Shown piece by piece: positions 1 to 15,000 of a stretch of DNA of 64,000 nt. Under the pieces are notes generated by a model, which was not told where the DNA came from, did not search any database, and saw nothing but the letters and a program-made list of their open reading frames with translations. The DNA comes from Candidatus Obscuribacteraceae bacterium. GTDB lineage: Bacteria; Cyanobacteriota; Vampirovibrionia; Obscuribacterales; Obscuribacteraceae. The position numbers and the translations under genes are program-made. Position 1 is the first letter of the stretch. Each line of letters opens with the position of its first letter. The stretch is taken from NCBI GenBank assembly GCA_044226015.1, contig JBGAHS010000008.1, positions 224,001 through 288,000 of the forward strand, in the 5' to 3' direction.

Positions 1-3000
1 CACGCCATTCACGTTTGTGACTGCATTCAGCTTGCCATTGCTTGCTGACATAGTTAGGGATGCGGCTGTCACAGTACCGCTCACCGTGAGGTCACCATTC
101 GTGGATGACAACTTGGTGGTGTCAGTAATAGAGCCGAAGCTAGCACTTATTGCAAGCGAACCGCCAGTGAGCTGTATAGAGCTGCCATTGCTCAGCACTG
201 ATGAGAACGAAGCAGTCCCGCCTACTGTCGCGGTCAAGGAGTTGCTGCCGACGTTTATAGCGGACGAAGCATTCAGACCACCAGTAGAGCCTTGATTCAG
301 CTGAAGATTGTAGAGACCAGATACATCTAATACCGCATTGATATTGATGCCACCATTATTAGAGCTAGAACCGACAACCAGTGTGCCAGCCTTTATACTC
401 TGCAATTCGGCCGTGCTCAAATTCAAGCCAGCACCAGCAATTCCAAGCGTTATTGCTTGACTTGAAGATGCCGCAGAAATCGAAACAGTGCCTGCTCCAG
501 CATCAATGACTCCCGTACCGAGCACGAGATCATCAGCGCTAATAGAGATTGGGCTTGTTGTACTTACTAGTGAATTAGAACCAATGTTCAAGGTTCCTGT
601 GCTGGAGATTGTTATCCCTCCAGGTGCAGCTACACCAGAGCTGAGTGTCAAATCTCCGGTGTTGTTGAAGGTGAAGCTTCCACCTACCGTTGTCGTCAGG
701 CTAGACAGGGCGCTGGCGTTGTTCACAGTGATGTTACCTGTTGCAGATAGCACCATGCTGTTGCTTACATTAGTCAACAAACTGATGTTGCCGCCATTTG
801 CATTTGCATTCAATGAAGAAGCTGTGATGACACCAGAACTTGAGGCACTTGCGCCACTAATGGTTACCGCAGCCGAGCCGGTAGAGACGGCGCCAACGGA
901 CACTACTCCAGCCTGGGTTCCAGGCAAGAATGTTCCACCAGTGACCACACCATCTATGACATGCATCGCACCTGGAGAGGTGTTGGACAGCACGGCAGAG
1001 CTTGCTGAATTGAGGACTACAGCACCGCCATTGGTCGCGAGAATTGAGCTGCTGTTGATGTCACCAGTGCTGATTCCGTTGCCGATGATAGTTACTTTTC
1101 CGCCGGTTCCAGTACCACCAGAGGTATCAACATTTCCTATCTTCACAGAGCCGCCGTTTGCAACAGCAAAGAAGGAACCACCACTGTCTGAACCACTGGT
1201 AGTGAAGTTGACGTTCGGAACGTTAATGGAACCACTTCCACTATTTGGAGAGCTCAGCGTATAGTCAATATTATTTGGTCCTATAGTTCCAGATGTTGTT
1301 GGCGTGAAGTTGAAGCCAGCAATCAGGGTGAGGTCGCCGCCAGTGCCGCCAACGTTGGCAAGACTGATTGTCAAATTACCACCGCTGTTAATGATGTCTG
1401 TTGCGGAAAGTATAGCGATCGGTCCAGCAAAGCTTATCTTGGTCAGATTCCCCAAATCAATCGGTCCGGTGCTGTTCGCAATCGTACCAGTGAAAGCACC
1501 TGTGATAGAAAGCGTTGAATTCGGATTTGTAGTCTTGTGAATATCGAACTGCGATGGGTTACCAAAGAACTTACCGAGAGTCAAATTCACATGAGTGTAA
1601 TCATTCGGGAAGTCGTAGGTGGTGCCGTTCGTAATCGTTATAGAAGAATTTGGACCACCAGCGGCGGTGAAATTCACATCGCCACCAGGAGAACTGCCAG
1701 TTCCTACAAAGAATGTTTGATTGCCTGGTCCCAAAATCATACTCGGATGAACACCGGTATTGTCGGTGGCATTAAAGTTCATCTGTTGACCAGCAGCAAT
1801 TTTGAAGCTACCGCTGCCGTTGCCGGTAAGAAGCAAGTCTTGCCCTGGCGCAGTATCCACAGTGATGCCGCCAGTTGTGGCGACAATTGCCCCCGAGTTG
1901 CTGAGAACCATTTGCTGACTGCCAGAGCCATTCACCGTAGTGCCAAGCAATGTCACTGAGCTACCCGATAGAGTACCGCTTGCAAGAACGCTTATCTTAT
2001 CAGCACTCAATGTCACCGCATTTGTTGCAGAAACCGTACCTATATTCAGTGTAGAATTTCCGCTCAACTTAAAGGTGTTTGCAACAAGACCATCTACACG
2101 ATTAGCAGATACAGCGAGGTCGACACTTCCGCCGGTGGAGTTCAGGGTGAGCAGGTCAGCCGTGACTCGACCTGTTCCATTAATGTCACCTGAAGCTGAC
2201 TGCAAAGTAGTTGTATCCGTGGCAGAACCAAAGTCCACCGTGCTTGTGATGCTGTCACCATTGACGATGACCTTCGCAGCACTGCTGCTGATACCACCGA
2301 GGGTGACGGCTCCAGTCGAAGAAATGGTCAAATCCTTCGAGCCAATCGTGAGCGTATGCCCATCAGTATGTAATGCACCACCAGCTTGGAGAGTCAAGTC
2401 GTATCTCGAAGACAGATCATAATCTGAAGCTACTGTCAGCGACGCAGTATTGCTGAGAGAACCGACGATAAGCTTAGATGCAGTAATCGAATTGAGCAGC
2501 CCGGTGCTGAGGTCGAGTCCCCCCGCGCTTCCTGCAAATGTGACAGGTGAAGTGAGCGCACTGAATGTCACCGTGGCTGAGCCGGCATCGATAGGACCGG
2601 TTCCTGTAAAGTGATCGCTAACGATGCTGATATCAGAATTAGTGCTGCTTATCTTAAAACCATTTTCGTTGAAAGTATTTCCAGCGCTCAAAGACAGATC
2701 CAAGCCATTAGCAGCGAACAGCGCGGACGATAATGTCACGCCGCCATCATTCGTCAGGGTCAACTTGCCAGCACTGTTGCCAGAGAAGGCTGTCAGCGTT
2801 CCTACATTATTCACGGTAGCGTCGCCATTGCTACCCAAAGTGATGCTACCGCTGACAGCAGACTTGAAGTTTGCTTTTCCAGCACTGCTCACTTGCAGAT
2901 CAGCGCTGGTTAAGACGCCGGCAGTCTGTGCGATATCGGCGCTAGTGCTAGTCAACGTGAGTGTTGAACTACCCGCTAGATTGATGTTCTGATTTAGTGT

Positions 3001-6000
3001 GATTGAAGTAGCCTTGACGGAGACAGTGTTAGCAGAACCGCTAATCGTCTGCAGTGAAGCTGTGCTGCCCGACTCGATGTTCAGGTTATTAGCACCCATG
3101 GACAAGCTGCTTCCAGAGTTCATGGTCACAGCACCAGCATTGTATAGATTGAGAGCATAGGTCGGACTCAAACTACCGTAGAAGGTCAGGCTTCCTGTGC
3201 TGGTCTTATTACCAATGGTCACGCTCGAAGCATTAGTGATGTTGCTCATCAAATCGTTGCTAACAACGAAGGTCTCAGCGGTCGAACCATTCACCCCAAT
3301 GCTTTGATTTGCATTTGGCTGAATCAACACCGTTGAACCGCCAGCATTGACTGAAGACCCAGTCTTAAGTCCCAGTGAATTAGAGCTGAGTGAAACGCCA
3401 CCGCTGCCAGATTTAAGCGCTACTGCAACAGAGCTGTTGATCGCTCCAGAGGACACGGCATTGATACTGATAGAAGCACCGCTCACGTCACCAGACAGAG
3501 TCACATCACCAGAGCTCAGGGTATTCAGGACCACAGCACCGTTGCTGCTCACGGCACCGACTGCAACACCACCAGTGCTGGAGATAACCGTGACCTTGCC
3601 ATCACCTTGAACAGAGCCGATAGATACGCCAGATGCAGTACTGCTGCTGCCATCACTTGTTCCGATGAGAACAGATCCTGCCGTGGAGACTGCCGCGATT
3701 CCACTAATTGTGCCAGAAGCTATATTGATGAGGATGTCACCGCTGCCAGAGGCAACCTTAGCACCTGTACCGTCAATCTGATTGTTGCTGGCAGTGATAC
3801 TTATCTTGCTCGCAGCAGTCGCGTTGATGTCTCCATTGAGTGAAACACCATTAGTACCGCTAATGGTGATTGCTCCACTGCTCGCATTGATGTCTCCAAC
3901 GCTTACGAGCTTAGCACTCACATCGAGCTTGTTAGGTCCAACGCTGAGAGAAAACGCAGAGGTGTCAACCGTTCCAGCACTCTGAATTGTTAGATTCATT
4001 GAACCATTCTGAGTTCCAGCAGCTGCCAGCCCCGAATTCAACGAGCCACCTAGATTAACGGTGCCCGTGTAGCTGGTCGAATTTCCAACTTGCAGATTTT
4101 GTGCGCGAATTTGGTTCAATTGAGATTGGCTCAGATACGCACCCCCCAGGTCAACTGCAAGGTTATTGGTGCTGGGCGTGAATGTCACGTTGCCTGTATT
4201 GCCGGCATCAATCAATGTCGGCGTTGCTGCCCAGGAATTGAGCGAGTCAGCGTGAATATCAATGTTGCCAGAGCTATTTCTGATTATCGCTGCGTCCAAT
4301 TGCAAGTTATTGGCCACATTGAGTTGAATGTCGCCATCAGAACTGATTCCAGACGCGGTCAAAGAGCCTACACTCACTCCACTACCGACAAGCAGGTCGC
4401 CGGTGCTGGTAAGATTGGTGACAGCGGACGCACCAGTGGCACTGCTTGCAAGCGTCGTCGAAGCAGAGTCCAGAGTTAGCGGAGTCGCAGAAGTACCGAG
4501 AGAGGTGCCGAGCAAAATCACCTCCGGAGCAGCAAGCTTACCTGCACCAGCTGAGCTTGCTGTGATGCTTCCATCGATGGCATCGATACCGATTCCAGAA
4601 GTAGAGCTGACGGCTGTCACGCCGGAGAGTATCACGCCATGCGCACTGACAGTCACATCTCCATTTGAGCTGATGATTCCTTTTATAGAGTTGGCAGCAG
4701 CACTCGATGAATTCAGGTTCAAATTGGAAGCAGCCGAGCTAAGTTTTACAAACGCCGCTCCATTGCCAACGCTGGTGTTATTGATTGCGCCATCAACCTC
4801 AATCGTGCTGCCACTTGAGCCAACAGTGACATTGCCACCAGAAGCGGCTCCAGATGAAGCGTCCAGTCCTCCGTTGACAGTCACAGCGCCCGCAGCCGTC
4901 AAACTGATGTCAGCCCCAGAAACGCTAAGACTGCTTGTAGTGATAGCGCCTGTGAGCACCGATGCAGCGCTTGAGTTGAGACTGACAGCACCACCATCAG
5001 TGGTGACAGCAGCAGCGCTCGCACTGCTACCCTTCAGGTCTACTCCATTCTTAGAATCGATGGATACGGACTGCCCCGTTACAGAGGACAAGTCAATCGC
5101 AGCACCAGACAAATCAATGGTTGTCTTACCGATAGCGCTGATATCGAGACTGCCACCGGCGCTAGAAAGGTTGCCACCAGTTGTCTTAAGAGAGACATCC
5201 GCTAGGGAGTTCAAGGTTCCAGCATTACTGCCCATAGCGATAGAGCCAGCATTCACACCGATGGAATTTGCATCAACAGCTCCATTCAATGTGACATTGC
5301 CATTGCTGATGACATTTGAAGCGGAGAGGCTACCCTTAATGATGGTGCCATTGCCTATCATGACTGGTCCGTTGTTAAGTACCGGAGCCGCAGTCGTGAT
5401 GGAGAGATTTCCTGAGCTGCTGCCGCCAGTGAGCGTCGCAGATCCGACAGCGACACCTGTCTCACCAACAAGGGTGACGGAGCCACCTGCGCCTGCAAGT
5501 CCCTGCCCGACAGCCGTAATATCACCCAGGTTGACACTACCTTTGCTGGCATAAGCCTGCACAGAACCAGCATTGCCACCACCAGCGAAGCCACTGGTGT
5601 TCACATCGACATTAGCTAGATCGACACTACCAGTGCCGGCTGAACCCAAGGTGTAAACGGTGTTGTTGAATTGATAAGGAGCGGCAGCATTCGGACTGAA
5701 GTTGAAACCAGCAACCAACAACAAAGAGCCACCATCCGGATTTAGCGCATCACCAGAGAGGTCAATTGTGTCAGACGCGTTGGTGTCGATGATATCTCCA
5801 GCAGACAGAATAGCCAGACTCTGACCGTTGAACACGAGTCCGCCAACATTCTTCAAATCTAGCGCGCCACCAGTATTGTTAGCAATCGTACCGGCGCCAG
5901 CAGAATTGAAGATGAGCGGGTTGGCTGTGATAGAACCATTCACTATGAGAGTGCTTGCATTCACAGTGATCGTATTGTTGCCTACAACGCTGTCATTCAA

Positions 6001-9000
6001 GGTGACAGTGACAGTGCCCTTGCCCAGGGCAGTATTGAAGTTAGCATCACCATTGAACAACTGTGTTGCAGTCGTTACACCATCACCGAAGGTGATGTCA
6101 CCATTAGAATTAAGGTCGGTTTGACCACCGTTCGTTGCGTCAAACGTTGCATTACCTAGAATGGTCAAGCTCTTTCCGCTAGCACTGTTCACGGCAATCG
6201 CATCTGCTGTATAGACACCGTTGTTGCTGACGAGTGTGTCGTTGACATTCAAGCCGAGATTGTTTGCGGAAAGCTTACCCGAATTATGGATTGTAAGCGC
6301 TGAGACAGTCATCGAGTTGTCACTGCTCACTGTGATGCCAGAACCCACACTCACGTCGGAACCACCCTGAACATTCAGGTCGCCGGCGAAGTTGACTTGA
6401 GACGCAGCAGTGCCGCCAAAGTTCACACTATTAGCAGCACCGACACTTTGTATTGTGTAAGTTCCTGTGCCAACAAAATTAGCCACACCGGGTCCACTCA
6501 CATTTATGCTGATAGAGCTGCTGCTGCCTGGCTGAATGATGACATTCGGGTTGTTGAGGAAAGTTTGCGACCCCACAGGCAGATTGAGTTGAGAACCTAC
6601 AAATTGGATGGCATCTGCCGTTCCCGTTGCGGTTCCTACGTCAAATGTATTGTCTCCAAGAACGGTGATTTTTCCTGTGCCAGCGCTTCCTGCCGAAATG
6701 ATTATCTGATTGCTTGCAGAATTTTGCGTTTCGATGAAGCTTCCGCCACCACCCACGGTGAGATCACCGCTGCTATTTTGAAGAACAATCAATCCTGTCG
6801 ACGATGATGAACTGACAGTTCCGGCAACATCAATATTTGAAGCATCCATCATGACTGCGCCATTTGCGGAGTCAAGAGTGAATGTACTGTCTACATGGAT
6901 GGTTCCAGTAGACGAAGATGTCACATTTACATCCCCGCCAAGTGAAAGTTGATTGGACAGTGTTGATTTGAAAGACACGCCATTGCCGCTTCCAACGCTA
7001 CTTATTGAATAGGTGCCATTACCGACGAAGCTGGCGTTACCAGGTCCTCCGGTAACGACGATGTTGAGGTCGGAAGAGCTACCAGGATGCATAGTTACGT
7101 TAGCATCGCTCGCTATAGTTTGCGTTGTTCCTGCAGGCAGATTGATTTGTGTCGCCAGTATTTCAATTGCGTTTGCAGCCGTATTTGCATTGCCAACATC
7201 AAACGTATTGTCACCTGAGAAAGTCACAGCCGACTTACCTGAGTTAGCGGAAATTACAATCTGGTTGCCCAGAGAGTTAGTGGTGTTGGTGAAGACTCCG
7301 CCACCACCCACAGTGAGGTCTCCAGCAGAGTTGCTCAGAGTAATAAGTCCTGAGGACTTGGTACTTGAAACGAGTCCAGCGTTATCGATAGCAGACGCAT
7401 CAAGCATCATATCTCCAGCCGAACGAGCTTCTGTCTTAGTGTCCAGTGCAACGGTACCAGTGCCGCCGTTTATCTCGGTGTCGCCACCGAACGAGAGTAC
7501 ACCTGAAGCAAAATCAGAGCTCAGATTTACACCGACTCCACTGACAGTGTACTTGCCGGTTCCAACAAAGCTAACGGTTCCACTGGCGGCTGCGACATTG
7601 ACAGTGAGCAAGCCAGGGGAACTGAGTGTTAGGTCTTTGTTTCCAACCATATCTATGGTGGTTCCAGCCTGAAGATTGAGAACCTCGGCTGCACCAACAC
7701 CTATCAAGGCGGAGCCAGCTGCATCGAGCTTACCTGTACCTAAATAGAAAAGACTACCTGAGCTCTGAATGACGAGGTCGTTTGGAGTGCCGGCTCCGCT
7801 GCGCAACACACCGTTGTTGAAAACGATACCATCGTTTTCATTTACAGTCAGGGTCTTATTGCTCACAATTGTCAGACCTTGAATGCTTATGAGATCATTG
7901 GCATTGTTAATAGTAGTGTCCCCACCGAAAGTGATACTACTGTCACTGCTGAATTGAGCAAACGCTATTCCACCTTGCAAATTCTGAACTGTGTATTTTC
8001 CGGTTCCAGCAAAAGTCGCGTTTCCGGTCGCACCACCTGTGCTTATGAACATGTTGCCAGGTGAATTTGTCTCAATGGTGAGGTCCTTGTCACCGACTAA
8101 AGTTTGTACGCTGCCAGTCTCAAACTTGAAGGAAGAGCCGCCGGCGATGCTTATCTTGACAGAACCATTGCCAGCGGAAGCATCAAGATTGCCCACACCT
8201 GCAAGCGACAAAGAACTGCTGCTTGTGATCAGGATATCGTTGGCTACACCGGCGGTGCTGCGAAGCGTTCCGTTGTTTAGTAGCTGTCCACCATTTTCAT
8301 TGATGACCATTACGTCGCTGCTAGCGAGTGTCAAACCATTGTTGTTGATGTCACCGCTGCTAGTAAGATTGAGGCTGCCGCCAAAGCTAATTCCGCTTCC
8401 GCTGTTGTCCTGATTGAAATTCAGTGCATTGGCACCACTGCTGCTGATCTTATAGTTGCCACCGCCAATGAATTGCACAGTACCAGCAGCTCCAGTCACA
8501 TCGACACTCAACGAACCGGGAGTGGACACACCCATGCTGAGGTCGCCGGTCACTGTCTGCATCAAATTAGATGGTAGCGAGAGCGTCGAGTTTCCAGGCA
8601 GAATAATAGAAGTACCAGTGGCAGAACTGAGAGAGCCAGTGCCAGAGAAGGTCAAATCAGAGCTGCTATCGATGAGAATTCCGCCGGACGAGGATGTGAG
8701 AGTCCCGTTGTTGCTCAGTGTTCCACCCTGCATGCTCACGATGACAGAATTAGTGCCACTGACTGAGACAGAAGTTCCGACGGACACGTCGCCGCCTGAT
8801 GCGGTCAGCGACACATCACTGCCGCTGATGTCTTTTCCTATCGTGATGCCTGCACCAATGCCGAGAGCCTGTAAATCGATAGAGCCAGAGCTATTGATCT
8901 TGCCAGCTGTGCTTATTCCGACAGGACCAGCACCATTCGAAATGAGGGTGAAGCCTCCAGAGCCAGCCGTAGAATCGGCGCCTACCTGAACAGAAGACGC

Positions 9001-12000
9001 ATCTTGAATAAATACAGAGCCCGAGCCAGAGACATTCTGGCTTGTGCTCAAGACCGGAGTATCAACCGAGAGGTTTATGCTGCCTTCTGGACTTGTGAGT
9101 GCTATCGAGCTGCTTCCCGTCACCACTCCAGCTCCACTGATGTCACCAGTACCGGTCGAAGTCAGGGTAACGATTGAGCCACTCACTGCAGCACCTATCG
9201 CTATTCCTGCATTGTTGCCAGTGTTGACGAGAGACACAGGACCTGAACTTGTGATGGTGTTGGTCAGATTTATGCCGCCATCTGCGGTATCAGTGAAGAA
9301 GAATCCACCCGACCCAACTGAAATAACCCCATTCCCGGTAAGAGCTACAGAGTTAGTCAATGTCACGCTAGCAGAGCCGGTCTGACTAATTGTGAGGAAA
9401 GGAACTGCAATATTCAGATTAGCAACAGTATCAGTAGCATTAATCGTGAGCTCAGCAGCGCTCACTACACCAGCACTCTGCGTCACGCCACCATCGGTCG
9501 CGCTGAGGGTGACCTTACCACCGCTGCTGTCAATCGCGCCTGAAAGCGCGATGTCGGTTCCAGTCAATGAGACGATGCTTCCAGTGCCGGTCACAGCACC
9601 GCTAGTGATGCTACCTCCAACTGTGACGCTGAGATCGTTAGCATTGAGAGCGATAGTACCATTATTAGTGAATGAGCCCCCGGTCGTGGGGTTATTGAGG
9701 AAGACCAGATCAAAATTGGCGTTCATTGTGTCGCCGGCACCATTCACTTGTATAGCACCAGTAGAGCTAGTGTTACCGATAACAAGCTGGCCAGCAGTTA
9801 TGTTATCTACCAGATTTTGCCCGATGGTCAATGTACCAATAGCAGCGCCATTGACGGCAATGGATTGATTTGCTGTTGGCTGAATATAGACAGACTGAGA
9901 GCCCGCATCAATTGTAGAAGAATTTGCAAATGTCAGATTATTTGCGGTCAGCTGTACGTCACCGTTGCTAGCTGTGATGTCCACCGCCACAGTACTGCCA
10001 ATGTTACCGCTTCCTGTGGCAGTCAGCGTCACTGACTTGCCAGTCACATCGCCGCCAAGAACGATGCCACTGTCGCTTCCTCCGACGCCAGTCAACACTA
10101 CCGCACCAGTAGAGCTTATCGACGCACCCGTCGTGATAGCTCCAGCACCACCAGCAGTCACATTGATGCTCAGCCCGCCACTACCAGCAGTGATAGGACC
10201 TGTCGTACTCAAGGCTTGCGAATCTATTATATTGACAGCGCCGGCTCCGCTCTGGCTTATCGTCAAAGATGGGGTTGTGACGTTCAGATCAACATTACCG
10301 GAGCCTGCAGTCAGGGTAAGCGATGACGTTGCGGTGACATCGAGCCCCGGCGTAGCTTGAGTTATCGTGCCAGTGCCTGTGCTCAAGAGAGTGACTGCAG
10401 CACCACTGATGTCAGCACCTAGAACAATGCCAGAATCAGTCCCACCTGCGCCGCTGAGAGTGAGGTCACCCTTAGTTGTAATCGTATTCGTGATATTGAT
10501 AGCACCAGCACCACCAGCTGTATCAGTGAAGAAGAAACCACCACTTCCAGCGGTCGAAGCTCCATTGCCGATAAGAGCTACTGAATCAGTAATCGTGACA
10601 CTGCCAGTACCGTTGATGTCCTGCGTTACGGTGATGTAAGGTGTAGCAACGTTCAAATTGACATCGCCGTTCGGGCTATTTACGGTGAGATCATTCTTCG
10701 CAGTCACAGTTCCGGTTCCCGAAATGTCACCGGTACCTGTTGAGCTGAGACTCACAGAAGAGCCTGACAAAGCGCCATTAATTGTTATCTGCGCGTTGTT
10801 GCCTGTGTTGGTGATGCTCAAAGGTCCATCAGTAGTGATGGAGTTTGTAAGCGTCGTACCACCGTCAGCAGTGCCTGTATAGTTGAAGCCACCAAGACCA
10901 GCCGTCGAGATTCCATTGCTCAGCAGTTCTTTTGAATTAGTTATCGTTATGCTGCCAGTGCCAGCCAGACTCTGGGTGACAGTGAGGTCGCTCACTGCAA
11001 TGTTGAGCACCACATTATCGTTCGGATTTGCGTTGATAGATAGGCTGTTGGAAGAGAGTGTGCCACCATTCTGAACCAGCGTACCCGTGCCAGGATCGAT
11101 ACTCAGCGAACCTGCATTGATGTTATCGTACAGCGTCACACCATTACCACTGATGCTGACAGAACCGCTAGCATTGGGTTGAACGCCAACTGCACCAAGC
11201 TCGACAGTTCCGCCAACTTTAACAGTGAAATCATTGACACCTTCGTCAATCAAAACGTTCTTCGAACTAAACTTGCCGGAACTTATAAAGGTAATATTGA
11301 ATGCGCCAGGCGCCGTTCCTGCTGCGACGCTGCCATCGTTACCTGCAAGCAATAGACCACCAGCGCCTACTGTAATATCTCCAGCAAACGAGTTATTTCC
11401 AATCTGCACATTCAAAGCCTGGAACTGCGTAAGCTGACTGTTTGTCGTGGTGAGGTACTGAGTACCAGTGTTGTCTATCGTAATGTTCTGCGACAGAGTT
11501 GTCGGAGTAATAATTATGGTGCCACTAGAGCCTGCATCTATAGAAGGAGTGCTGCTGCCAAACACAAGTTTGTCAGCATTGATAGTGATTGTGCTTCCGC
11601 TTCCCGACGTAGATATTGTATTGCCACTGCTCACGGTCAGAGTGGAACCTGCATTGACATCAAGTCTTATGTCACCTGTACTGTTCACTCCAATGATGCT
11701 GCCTGTCGAAGCCGAACTCAAGGCATCGGTCGTCAGACCAGCTGCCGTCGAAAGCAGGTAGACCTCAGAATTCGGACCGGTCACCTGTACGGCAACCTTG
11801 GTATTACCAGCCCCAGTCAGTGAAATCGGAACAGCACCTGTAACGCTACCTACGCCGGTTTTCGCGGAGAGTAAAACAGCCGAGGCGCTGAGACCCCCCT
11901 CAGTACTGGAGTTAGCGCTGATTGCACCATTCGTGGAGACCAACGAAATCTGTCCAACGGATGCAGAAGCAGAAATAGTAGTGCCAGCAGAAAACAGTTG

Positions 12001-15000
12001 AATGTCTCCGCTATTCTGAATCTCAACTGAACCATTTGAGCTAATCAAGCCAGCAATCTTGTTGACTCCACTGCTTCCACCTATCTGCAGCGGAGAAGCA
12101 GATGCGCTAGAAATGAGAATTGAAGGACCGCTTGCTGCACCCTGATTGTTGATAGAGCCATCGACTTGAATGCTAGAACCAGAGCTCTTAAGAGTGACGA
12201 TACCACCAGATGCGCTTACGCTCTTGGCACTTATCGCACCGGCGACAGTGACAGCGCCACTGGCGACAACAGAGATTAACCCAGCGTTGCCACTGCTTGG
12301 TCCACCATCACTGCTAATGGCACCAACACTTATGCTGCCATTGCTAGCACTGAGGTCGATAGCACCGCCGTTGTTAACGCCAATTGCTCCGTTTCCATAA
12401 GAGTTGATAACGCCTGAAATACTCAGCGTACCATCAGCCGCGCTTGCAGTGAAGTCCCCTCCACCACCTACAATTTGAGTTGTGTCTACACCACCCGAAA
12501 CACTGAGAGCACCTGCGGACATCAAAGATAGGTTCGAACCCAAAGTTTGAACCAAGCTTGCCGGCGCAAGCATATTCAATACAATGTCATTTCCAGCTGC
12601 GCCGAATGTTTGAACAGTCACATCACTGCTTACTTGAATATTTACACCACTAAGCAGAGTGACTTTGCCAGCACTTAGATTATCGGTGAGGGTAATTGCA
12701 TCATTGCTAGCACTCACATCAACAAAACCAGAAGTTCCTGTGACCGCTCCCATGACCGCCGCACCAGTGGAGGCTGTGATAGTCAGATTCTTGGAACCGA
12801 TTAACATAGAGCTGCCGGTGCCATCGTAAGACGCACCATTGATGACGAGGTCATACGAACCAGGTCCAGGAACACTGAAGTCTGCTGAGCCAACTTGAGT
12901 AACGGCACCGGTATTCGAATCGCCAATGACGAGCTTGCTAGCCGTGATGTTTGCTAGGGTAGCAGCACTGACACCATATGTAGCGCTTCCACCGTTGATG
13001 CTCACATCGGTGTTGCTGCCGTTCTGAAGAAGGCTGACGACGCCTGTGCCAGCGTTAATCGCACCGCTGCTGTTGCTGTCTAAAGCACCAGACTTGAAGC
13101 TTATGCTGGCATTAGTGCTGCTTACAAAAGCACCATCAGCGATATCGATTATTCCGCTACCATTTGAACTGACATTAACGCCAGTTGCTCCGCTCACATG
13201 TCCCGTTACGAAGATGCCACCATTATTCGAAAGTGAAGATAGGGTGAGAGCAGCACTCGTTTCCAGCCCGGAAGCAATCGATACGTCTGCGGTGTTAGTT
13301 ACAGAAAGAGCATTGTCAAATCTCAAATTACTTGCATTGTCGGAACTAAAATCAAGAGTGTTCGTGGCAGCGTTAGAGTTTATGGTATAAGAAGAAGCAC
13401 CTGTGAAGTCTACATTTCCTGCGGCTCCGCTCAGGTTGATCGCAGTAGCAGCCGCGCCAGACAAGCTGATGGTCAATTTGGCGCCATTTGCAATGATTTG
13501 AGTCGTTCCTGTGGACAGGTCTATACTGTTTGCTTGAAACTCCACAGCATTAGCAGAACTTGTCCCAGTTCCAACATCAAAAGTATTTGAACCGGTCACA
13601 AAAATTTGACCAGCACCAGCACTACCTGACTGCACCAAAATCTTGTTGGCAGCATTGTTTGAACTTGTTTGATAATTGCCATTTCCAGCCAGGGTAAGAC
13701 TGGATGCACCTCCAGTATTCTGGAGAACGACGGCTCCAATTGCAGATGAGGAGATTGTTGAACCATTGTTGAATATGGTGCCAGCATCGAGTGTCATAGA
13801 ACCACTCGCATTTAACGTAACACCTGAGCTAACGGTGATGCTGGAGTTGGTGCCAGCCTGAACTTTCAAGTTGTTGTCGAAGTTAAATTGCGCCGGAGTC
13901 GCCAATCCAGTGAAAGAAAGATTCCCAGTGGCCGTGAGAGTATAGGCGCTTGCGCCTATAAAGTTGCTGGCTCCCGTGCCACCAAGCATTAGCAAGTTGA
14001 GATCACTAGCACCCGACTTGAGCGTAAGCGCCGAATTATTCAAAACTGTTTGCGTTGTACCAACTTTTATATTGATCTGTCCGGCAGTAAACTGAACAGC
14101 ATTGTTTGAAACGTTAGCATTACCAACGTCAAAAGTACTACTTCCATTTAAGCTGAGATTGGCAGCCCCAGTCGCACCAGCAATAACCTGAATAAAGTTA
14201 TTGGCTGAGTCTGTTGAAATCTGGTAGAGTCCATTGCCATCGAGCACAAGGTTGCCACCAAGATTCTGAAGCAATATCAAAGAGTTAGAACCTGTGCTGA
14301 CGAGAGCTTGATTGTTGGCGATTGTGCCAGCGTTAACGCTTATCGATCCGGCAGAGCTCAATGTCAGACCGGCATCGACAGAGACGGTGCCAGTACTGCC
14401 AGCGTCAGCGCTGAGTGCACCTCCAAACAGCAGTGTCGACGATGCTGCATCTGAGGCGAACTCAACAGTGTTTCCACTTCCATTGCTGCTAACCGAATAT
14501 TTGCCCAAGCCAACGAATGATGCGGTTCCGCTCAGTCCAGATACGTTTACCTTTAACGAGCTGGACGAGCCAGGCGAGAAGCTTACGCTTGCATCATTCG
14601 AGACGGTTTGAGTCGAGCCGCTCTGAAGATTGATTGTCGAAGCCTCAAAGGAAATAGCATCAAGAGCAGATGTGGCGTTTCCAACATCTAATGTGTTGTC
14701 CCCTGTTATTGTCAGCGTGCCAGTACCGCTAGGACCGGCGATGAAGGAGATGTTGTTGAGCGCTGCATTTTGTGTATCACGGTATACTCCGTTGCCGCTC
14801 AATGTGAGGTCGCCGGTGCTCTGCACGCTTATGCTGCCAGCAGCAGCACTAGAACTGATCGTGCCAGAGTTGGTCAAGGAAGAAGTGTTGATAAGCAGGC
14901 TAGAACCTGAAGTCAACTCGACTGAATTGACGCTCACCGAACCACTAGCACCGCTATTGACAGTCAAGCCTCCATTTACCTGAAGCACCGATGGACTGCT